NCBI GenBank assembly: GCA_028280385.1
Contig: JANQLX010000002.1
Coordinates: forward strand, 249,726-313,725
Reading direction: 5' to 3'
DNA length: 64,000 nt
From: Allomuricauda sp.
GTDB taxonomy: Bacteria; Bacteroidota; Bacteroidia; Flavobacteriales; Flavobacteriaceae
The notes under the pieces were generated by a model. It saw only the letters and a list, made by a program, of their open reading frames with translations, made no database searches and was not told the DNA's origin. The first letter of the stretch is position 1. Every line of letters begins with the position of its first letter. The position numbers and the translations under genes are program-made. Shown one piece after another: positions 57,276 through 64,000 of the stretch.

Positions 57276-58477
57276 GAATTTTCCATTTTCCTTTGATGGT
57301 TGAGCCAAATGATATAGAAGATTCCGCAGATGGACAATAGCGCACAAGCATACATGACTATGGGAATGCGCTCCAACTTTTCATGATAATACCATCCGGA
57401 CAACAAGGCCCCAAGCCCTATTCCAGCTTCTAGGGCGATGAACATGGTGGCAATGGCCTTTCCTTTGTGCCCAGGTATGCTTAAATCTATGGTCCATGCA
57501 TTGATCCCGGGAGATACGATTCCCATTCCCAGACCGTAAATTCCCGCTCCCACGAGCAGACCTGTGGAAGTGGCAAAAAATGCAATCACCAAAAGGCCCA
57601 AGCATAAAAGTCCCAATCCATAAAGAATAATGGAAGTTCTGCCATAAATATCTGAAAGCCTTCCGGCAACCACCCGTACCAACAAGGATGTTAGGGTAAA
57701 GACAATAAAGAACACACCTTTGTTTTCAAAACCGACGGCTTCGGTCCAATCGGGAATCAGCGTTAGGATGACACCAAAGGCTACATACGCCAAAAAAGTG
57801 ACCACTGCTGCTGGAAAGGCTTCCTTGGCAATGATTTCATCTTTGGATATCCGCAAAAGCCTGATCTTAAAAGCTTGTTTTTCAATTAGGGTCTCCCTTA
57901 AATTGACCATAAGCAATGCAGCCAACAAAGCTATAAGGGAAGAACAATAGAATAAGACCGAATAATTAAAATGCAACTTTATCAGACTGCCCAAAGCGGG
58001 CCCAAGGGCCAAACCGGTGCTAAAAGCAATACCCTGGATACCCATAGCCTCACCCAATCGGTTGGCAGGTACAACATCTGAAACATAGGTGGATGCCGCC
58101 GTTGGCGTAAATCCAGTTGAGAATCCGTGGAACAAACGAAGTAGTAGAAAACCATAGACCGTGGTCAATACCGGATAAAGCACTCCACATGCAACACACA
58201 CAAAGGCCCCAAAGAGCAAAACCGGTTTGCGTCCAATGGTATCCGTTAGTTTTCCGCTAAAAGGTCTGGACAAGCCCGCGGTAAGGGTAAACAAGGCAAT
58301 GATCAACCCAATGTATTCTGCCCCGCCCATGGCACTTAAGTAGGACGGCAGCTCTGGGATAAGCATATTGTAACTGGCGGAAAAGAACAGGGAGGCCACG
58401 CATACCAGCACAAATTTGCTAGTGAACAAATGGCTTTTTGAAGTTCCCAATTCTTTTTTTGTGGTTGTCAACCCCAT
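57272..58477 (-). CDS. MFS transporter
   Basis: 12 TM; GKLTDTIGRK and GRLSDIYGR motif A. Confidence 0.93.
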   Translation of the reverse strand: MGLTTTKKELGTSKSHLFTSKFVLVCVASLFFSASYNMLIPELPSYLSAMGGAEYIGLIIALFTLTAGLSRPFSGKLTDTIGRKPVLLFGAFVCVACGVLYPVLTTVYGFLLLRLFHGFSTGFTPTAASTYVSDVVPANRLGEAMGIQGIAFSTGLALGPALGSLIKLHFNYSVLFYCSSLIALLAALLMVNLRETLIEKQAFKIRLLRISKDEIIAKEAFPAAVVTFLAYVAFGVILTLIPDWTEAVGFENKGVFFIVFTLTSLLVRVVAGRLSDIYGRTSIILYGLGLLCLGLLVIAFFATSTGLLVGAGIYGLGMGIVSPGINAWTIDLSIPGHKGKAIATMFIALEAGIGLGALLSGWYYHEKLERIPIVMYACALLSICGIFYIIWLNHQRKMENS

Positions 58478-58530
58478 ACCAAAAACGTAATTTTATATGC
58501 AAAGAACGGGTCAACGGAAATCAATGTAAA

Positions 58531-58542
58531 GGACATTTGTCC
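58531..58542. promoter_or_regulatory. palindromic operator candidate for the Crp/Fnr-family regulator
   Basis: GGACA-TT-TGTCC, 11 bp before ATG 58554. Confidence 0.5.
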
Positions 58543-58553
58543 CATGCTTCAAA

Positions 58554-59129
58554 ATGATCAGAACCAATCCTGAATTAGCTGCTTATATCCATAAACTGTG
58601 GTCATCCAGAGATTACTCTATCCAGGAAATGGATTTTAACGCCAAGACCATAATTTTTGAACAAGACAAACGCTATGGCAAAGTCTATGTGATTCGCGAA
58701 GGCATGGCCAAATGTTATATTTCGGATGAAAACGGAAAGGATTTTATCCAGGAATTTTTGGGACCCGGTATGGAGTTCGGAGAATTGGAAGTGTTCGACA
58801 ATCTCACCACAATCTGTTCCGTGGAGGCGATACAGAATTTGAAGACTTTTACCATGTCGCACCAAACCTATCAACAGCTGTTGGCAACGGATTCCCAATT
58901 TAACACTTTGGTCATCAAAGCCTTGGCAAACAAGATAAGATACAAGGCTCCTAGGCATTCGTATCAGCATTCCTATCCCATTGAGGATAATTTGCTTCGA
59001 TTGAAAAAACAATTTCCGGAGTTTACCGAGGTCATCCCAAAAAAAGATATTGCCAATTATATTGGAATAACCCCACGAAGTTTAAACCGGGCGTTGCGCG
59101 AACTCAAGGACAAGCACAACGGATTTTGA
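58554..59129 (+). CDS. Crp/Fnr family transcriptional regulator
   Basis: cNMP-binding fold (EFGELE), HTH DIANYIGITPRSLNR. Confidence 0.9.
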   Translation: MIRTNPELAAYIHKLWSSRDYSIQEMDFNAKTIIFEQDKRYGKVYVIREGMAKCYISDENGKDFIQEFLGPGMEFGELEVFDNLTTICSVEAIQNLKTFTMSHQTYQQLLATDSQFNTLVIKALANKIRYKAPRHSYQHSYPIEDNLLRLKKQFPEFTEVIPKKDIANYIGITPRSLNRALRELKDKHNGF

Positions 59130-60047
59130 TCAACGCTTGAACCGCTCAAAAATGGCAAGGGTCTTTTTGGTGTTGATGAAATAGACTCCTGTGAGCAAGA
59201 TCACCGCCGCTACAATAGATTGGACCGTAATTTGTTCATTCAAAAAATACCAGCCCAATAGCAGCGCCACAATGGGGTTCACGTAGGTAGAGGTGGCCAC
59301 TTTTTCTGGGGAGACCGATTTTAGAAGGTAATTGAAGGAAGTAAATGCTACAATACTCCCAAAAATCACAAGTAGACTTACTGAAAGTTGGACCTTACCA
59401 CTCCAGTTAAAGGGAGAGGACCATTCCTCGCCCAGTCCCAAACTCATCAACGCCAAGATGATTCCCCCGGTGAACATTTGGTAACCGGTGTTTACAAAAT
59501 AGTTTTTTGGCAAATCGGCCTTACCTACGAACAGACTTCCATATGCCCAGCTGACCATTGCCAAAAAAATGGCAATCATACCCAGAATGGAACCTTCTTT
59601 GGTAATGATCTCTTTTTGGTTGACCAATAGATAAATTCCGATTATCCCAAGCACAACCCCCACCACTGACATGGGCTTTATCTTCTTGCCCTGTAGAATA
59701 CGCATCAGTATCAGTACTACCAAAGGTTGCGCCGATATTTCAAGCGCGGCAAAACCTGAGTCCACAAAACGAAGTGCCCAAACCACAATTCCGTTTCCGA
59801 AACTGAGAAAGAGAAAGCCTGCAAATGTGGCATTCAGCAATTGCTTTTTATTTATGGAAATGGAAATGCCCATGAGCTTTGCCAAAACGAATATAAGGAG
59901 ACCGGCGGTGGTAAAACGATATGAAGCCAGCATAAAGGGCGGGATTTCCAACACGGCCATTTTGTTGAGCATATAGGTGGAACCCCATATCACATAAATG
60001 GCAAAAAAAGCAAGAATTACTAAGGTAGTGTTGGAAGTTTTTCCCAT
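59130..60047 (-). CDS. EamA/DMT family transporter
   Basis: YVIWGSTY, 10 TM, YVNPIVALLLGW. Confidence 0.93.
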   Translation of the reverse strand: MGKTSNTTLVILAFFAIYVIWGSTYMLNKMAVLEIPPFMLASYRFTTAGLLIFVLAKLMGISISINKKQLLNATFAGFLFLSFGNGIVVWALRFVDSGFAALEISAQPLVVLILMRILQGKKIKPMSVVGVVLGIIGIYLLVNQKEIITKEGSILGMIAIFLAMVSWAYGSLFVGKADLPKNYFVNTGYQMFTGGIILALMSLGLGEEWSSPFNWSGKVQLSVSLLVIFGSIVAFTSFNYLLKSVSPEKVATSTYVNPIVALLLGWYFLNEQITVQSIVAAVILLTGVYFINTKKTLAIFERFKR

Positions 60048-60163
60048 GGCGTTTCGGTCGGCAATGCTCTTACAATATTACATCTATTTGTACTGCGAAA
60101 AAACTTTAATGGAATAAGTTTTATCCAGAAAATGCCAAGGAAATTTATGCTAGGAAATAGATT

Positions 60164-60493
60164 TCAGGAATACGGGTTGGTGGCCAACAAATAGGCGGCT
60201 ATGTCCTGTTCCAATTGTTTAAAACGTTCAAGTTGTTGAAGAATATCTGACTTTAAATTTTGAGCTCCCACCTTCCGTTGTTTGAGCAGCCCCATGATTC
60301 GGTTTTGTTGAATGATAAAGACCTTAAAAGCCTGCCTTAACTCGTAGAGTTTTTCAAAACAGGAAGAATTGGTGGGTTCACAGGTATAGGAGTTTACTTT
60401 CTTGGAAAAACGTTGCACCGCCGTGTGGTTGCGTTCCATCTGTACAATCAGGTCCTGAATGGATTCTGTAGTATTTTTGGTCAAGTTGCGCAT
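60164..60493 (-). CDS. hypothetical helical protein, 109 aa
   Basis: ATG ORF in a gap with no competing long ORF; includes YTCEP. Confidence 0.65.
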   Translation of the reverse strand: MRNLTKNTTESIQDLIVQMERNHTAVQRFSKKVNSYTCEPTNSSCFEKLYELRQAFKVFIIQQNRIMGLLKQRKVGAQNLKSDILQQLERFKQLEQDIAAYLLATNPYS

Positions 60494-60690
60494 ACCATTT
60501 TGTTTACATATTTAGGCCTATCTAAACTCACCTATTAAATTAATAATTATCCTACATACTTTTACTAAATAAACTTTAATTTTCGAACATTTAACATTAC
60601 GAAATCCCGACTGGCAACCATTATTATCAAGAAAGATTGATTTTAGGCCGTGGGTTAAGGTTTACCGAATTTTTAGACTAAAGTTGTGCT

Positions 60691-61203
60691 ATGCATAGAT
60701 TTGTATTCGTATTTCTACTCTATTTGGGACTTGGAACCTTAACCGCACTAGGGCAAGATTCCAGCATAAGCTCCGCAAAAATCAGTTTTGAATTTGTTTC
60801 CAAGGGTGTTAAGGGAAGCATTTCCGGATTTAAATCTGAATCCAACATTAACCTGTCCGACTTAAGGAAATCTGTTTTTAAAGGAAGCGTTTCCTCCAAA
60901 ACTTTGGACACCAATAACGGACTTAGGAACTGGTCCCTTAGGAGTGGCAAATACTTTGATGTTGACGATTACCCGCGGATTAGTTTTGAAGGCACTGAAG
61001 TGTCCCAAAATGGAAATGAATGGATTGTGAAAGGAAAACTTACCATCAAGTCCACGACCAAGTCGGTTTCCATGATCTTTGTAAAGAAAGGGGAACGCCT
61101 GGTGGGCACCTTTTCACTCTATTCAATCGATTATGGAATCAAAATAAAAAAGAAGCGTGAAGATAATTTGGTGAAGGTGCTGCTGGAATTCGAGTTGGAC
61201 TAG
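60691..61203 (+). CDS. YceI family protein
   Basis: LDTNNGLRNWSL...YFDVDDYPRISF...GKLTIKSTTK. Confidence 0.9.
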   Translation: MHRFVFVFLLYLGLGTLTALGQDSSISSAKISFEFVSKGVKGSISGFKSESNINLSDLRKSVFKGSVSSKTLDTNNGLRNWSLRSGKYFDVDDYPRISFEGTEVSQNGNEWIVKGKLTIKSTTKSVSMIFVKKGERLVGTFSLYSIDYGIKIKKKREDNLVKVLLEFELD

Positions 61204-61232
61204 ATCTTGGACGGGGGATTGGAGAACTAAGA

Positions 61233-61325
61233 TTCAAGTAGCAAGTTCAAGAACCAAGAGTCAAGAGTCAGTGTTGTTGAACTTGAAATTTGAACCTGAA
61301 CTTGTTATTTGAACTTGAACTTCAA
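61233..61325. repeat. short-period inverted repeat array between convergent genes
   Basis: Left arm has CAAG every 6-7 bp (61235, 61242, 61248, 61255, 61262); right arm has (T/C)TGAA units; CAAGTTCAA pairs with TTGAACTTG. Confidence 0.6.
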
Positions 61326-61338
61326 TTAGCACTGATGT

Positions 61339-61770
61339 TTAAGATTCTCTTCGGAAAAGAGCTCCATAAATCTTCCCAACAAGCCAGTTCCCCAAGGGAA
61401 AGTAAAGGGCAAAGAACAAAGCCATGCCCAAGCTAAAATTCCTAATGTTGAACAATTGATCAAGGATGTTATCCGGATAGGCATAGGATGTTTGCAGGGC
61501 ATATCCACCAAACTCCAAGAATCCCATGGCCACCAATCCGTAAGCGTATTGCATGTGAAAAGGCAGGCCTCGAAGAATCAAGGAAATGGGAACCATGTAC
61601 AGGATGTAACAGGTTATCACCTGCCACCAATAGGTAAACTTGGCAATTTGAACCAATTGGCCAAACCAATCCATTCCCATGCCCCAAAGAAAATAGACCA
61701 CACTGTACACCAACAACAATCGTTTATCCACTGTTACTTTTTGCAGTATAAAATTCCAATACTCCCTCAT
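61339..61770 (-). CDS. hypothetical 4-TM membrane protein
   Basis: Four hydrophobic segments; ATG overlaps the ACP TGA. Confidence 0.75.
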   Translation of the reverse strand: MREYWNFILQKVTVDKRLLLVYSVVYFLWGMGMDWFGQLVQIAKFTYWWQVITCYILYMVPISLILRGLPFHMQYAYGLVAMGFLEFGGYALQTSYAYPDNILDQLFNIRNFSLGMALFFALYFPLGNWLVGKIYGALFRRES

Positions 61771-62021
61771 CCCTTGTTCGCTAATTTATCCTTGATGATA
61801 CTCTGGGCATCCGCCATGGTCTGCATCCCATCCATGTCCTCGTTCTCCAACATGATGTCAAATGCATCCTCCACGTCCAAAACAATATCCACCAAATTTG
61901 CCGAGTTGATATTGAGTTCTTCTATAAAATTGCTGGTTGCAACAATTGAATCCGGTGAAACATCATCTGGAAGATAGTTGCTCACAATGGACTTTAATTT
62001 TAAAAATAGTTCTTCTTGCAT
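61767..62021 (-). CDS. acyl carrier protein
   Basis: Acidic 84-aa protein; LNINSANLVDIVLDVEDAFDI with Ser at the phosphopantetheine position. Confidence 0.9.
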   Translation of the reverse strand: MQEELFLKLKSIVSNYLPDDVSPDSIVATSNFIEELNINSANLVDIVLDVEDAFDIMLENEDMDGMQTMADAQSIIKDKLANKG

Positions 62022-62024
62022 AGC

Positions 62025-63299
62025 TTAGGTATTGGTATAGGACCTAAAAATAACACAGGCATTGACATCACCAAAACCAAAACTTGCCTTGGCCACAATT
62101 TTGGGTGCAACATTTAAGCTTTGCATCGGGATTTTGGAGCGTTCCACCAGTTTTTCTATTTCTGGATGCACATCATCACAATTGATGTTGCCAAAGATTT
62201 TTTGATGATGGAATTGAAGTAGGGAACCCACACATTCAATGCTGCCGGCGGCGGCAAGACAATGCCCAAAAAGACTTTTGAATGAATTTACAAATGGAAA
62301 ATCCACTCCTTTTCTTCCTAGGGCCGTACTCCAATTTTTGATTTCAACGGAGTCTTTGGAGGTTGCCGTCAAATGGCCATTTATAGCATCAATCTCTTCA
62401 GGTTTTATCCCTGAGACATTGATAGCTTCTTGGATACAACGTACCACTGCCCCACTGTTCGGCGCCGTTAAACTTCCGCCATTTCGTTGCCCTCCGCTGT
62501 TGATAGCCCCACCTAAAACTTCTCCGTAAACCTTTGCCCCCCGCATTTTGGCACTGGACAAGGATTCCAGCACCAAGGCCCCCGCTCCACTTGCAGGTAC
62601 AAAACCACTTGCTGAGGCACTCATTGGCCTACTTGCTTCTTCCGGTGTAGCATTGTAATTTCTAGGAAGAATGCGCATGGCATCAAAACCGCCCCATACG
62701 TAAGGGCCACTGTCACTGCAACTGCCAACCAACATGCGGAGCGCCTTTCCTGATTTGATTCTTTCATATCCCATGATCAGGGCCTCGGTTCCTGTAGTAC
62801 ATGCGGAAGAATTTGTGGTCACCTGGTTGCCACAGCCCAACATTCCACCTAAATATGCACTGATACCACTGGCCATGGTCTGAACAACGGCTGTGCTGCC
62901 CAATCTTCTTACCTCTCCGCTGTCTACTTTGTAGATAGCTTCACGAAATTTATCAACACCCAGGATTCCGGTGCCAAAAACAATCCCCGAATCCCAATCG
63001 GGCTGTTCCGAATATTGTTCCAATCCCGCATCACTCCATGCATCCATCCCGGCCATCACCCCATAAATCAATCCTGTTGCATTGAGGTCTTTAAGCTGAA
63101 CATTAGTGAAGTAATTATTTAACTTAATATTGTCAATGTTCGGTTTTCCAGCTACTTGACAGGAAAAATTTAGATTTTCCAATTCTTTTTGAAAACGAAT
63201 CCCGCTGGTTCCATTTTCCAAAGATTCAGCAAAAGATTGAAGTCCAATTCCGTTGGGAGCGCACACCCCCATCCCCGTAACCACTATCCTTTCATCCAT
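62025..63299 (-). CDS. beta-ketoacyl-ACP synthase (FabF/FabB-like)
   Basis: IVVTGMG, SSACTTG (Cys), NGHLTAT and GHCL (His-His), SFGFG; ATG 63299. Confidence 0.93.
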   Translation of the reverse strand: MDERIVVTGMGVCAPNGIGLQSFAESLENGTSGIRFQKELENLNFSCQVAGKPNIDNIKLNNYFTNVQLKDLNATGLIYGVMAGMDAWSDAGLEQYSEQPDWDSGIVFGTGILGVDKFREAIYKVDSGEVRRLGSTAVVQTMASGISAYLGGMLGCGNQVTTNSSACTTGTEALIMGYERIKSGKALRMLVGSCSDSGPYVWGGFDAMRILPRNYNATPEEASRPMSASASGFVPASGAGALVLESLSSAKMRGAKVYGEVLGGAINSGGQRNGGSLTAPNSGAVVRCIQEAINVSGIKPEEIDAINGHLTATSKDSVEIKNWSTALGRKGVDFPFVNSFKSLFGHCLAAAGSIECVGSLLQFHHQKIFGNINCDDVHPEIEKLVERSKIPMQSLNVAPKIVAKASFGFGDVNACVIFRSYTNT

Positions 63300-63744
63300 T
63301 GGCATCCATTTTAATCATCCCAGCCAACATTCCCTTACAAACCAATTCTCCGGTACTGTTATACATTTTAACCCTGCATTTCAACTTATTGAAGCGAAAA
63401 AATTGCTTTTCAGAGCGCACCAACATGGTTTCACCCGGAAATACAGGCTTTATAAATTCCATATCCATGCTTGAAAAAGCAATTTGCAATGTATCATCGC
63501 TCTTAACACCGTTAATCCCTAACAAATAGATTCCCAAACAAACCAATCCTATTTGCGCGCAACATTCCGTTAGTATAACGCCTGGTGTTATGGGATTATC
63601 CTTAAAATGACCTTGATAGTATTGAGCCTTGGGACTAAAGGTAAACCTGCCTTCCACACCTTCTTCGTCCACATGAAGGAGCTCATCCACAAATAAGAAG
63701 GGTTCGCTGTAGGGAAGAAGGGCTAAAATCTCTGAATGGGTCAT
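63292..63744 (-). CDS. 3-hydroxyacyl-ACP dehydratase (FabZ family)
   Basis: LPYSEPFLFVD, GHFKDNPITPGVILTE; ATG 63744, 1 bp after the upstream stop. Confidence 0.9.
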   Translation of the reverse strand: MTHSEILALLPYSEPFLFVDELLHVDEEGVEGRFTFSPKAQYYQGHFKDNPITPGVILTECCAQIGLVCLGIYLLGINGVKSDDTLQIAFSSMDMEFIKPVFPGETMLVRSEKQFFRFNKLKCRVKMYNSTGELVCKGMLAGMIKMDANG

Positions 63745-63745
63745 C

Positions 63746-64000
63746 TTATCGTAAGCTTTCTCCTCCATCTACTTTTATAACCGTTCCGGTGATCCATTGC
63801 GCTTCTTGGGTGGTAAGCAAGTAGGCTACGTTGGCCACATCTTCAGGGGTGGTCAACCTGTGGTTGGGGTTGCGTTTTAGAGCCTGTTGCTTAAGCAATC
63901 CACTATTTGGGATCATTTGCAGGGATTTCGTATCAGTAACTCCAGCCTGGATACAATTGGCCTTGATGCCATCAGCGGCAAACTCCAATGCGATATTCCG
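63746..64000 (-). CDS. SDR/enoyl-ACP reductase-like protein, C-terminal part (5' end off the window)
   Basis: RNIALEFAADGIKANCIQAGVTDT...PEDVANVAYLL...WITGTVIKVDGG; the frame is open to 64000. Confidence 0.88.
   Translation of the reverse strand, partial: RNIALEFAADGIKANCIQAGVTDTKSLQMIPNSGLLKQQALKRNPNHRLTTPEDVANVAYLLTTQEAQWITGTVIKVDGGESLR

Noticed and set aside
61233-61325. CRISPR array
   Set aside because: Units are 6-7 bp with no unique spacers and no cas genes.
55-63529. The many short overlapping or antisense ORFs in the track (e.g. 55-273, 7794-8204, 9971-10516, 31109-31765, 61456-61977)
   Set aside because: They lie within or opposite well-supported genes and have no recognisable motifs; treated as shadow ORFs.

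Overview
A gene-dense 64-kb chromosomal window, inferred to be from a Flavobacteriaceae genome (Muricauda/Flagellimonas-like). The inference rests on ~43% GC by spot hand-count, many lipoproteins, Sec signal peptides cleaved before Gln, TonB/DUF2490/DUF5916 barrels and TM-AraC regulators. I found no rRNA, tRNA, CRISPR array, transposase or integrase. Main contents: (1) a complete eboA-F cluster (12575-18960) flanked by two ~1000-1100 aa cytochrome c/sugar-dehydrogenase-like lipoproteins, whose upstream regions share a 61-bp promoter architecture with identical spacing, next to a divergent AraC gene; (2) a cytoplasmic 1249-aa protein with about 17 TPRs and two CbbX/SpoVK-type AAA+ domains ending in an IGF tail, preceded by two Cys-rich lipoproteins; (3) a three-gene MORN/DUF2490 envelope operon; (4) an FAD-oxidase operon with a Bor-like lipoprotein; (5) several one-component regulator modules with candidate operators visible in the DNA; (6) the 3' end of a satellite type II fatty-acid/polyketide cluster (SDR, FabZ-like, KAS, ACP). 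All product calls come from motif recognition by eye; no database search was run.
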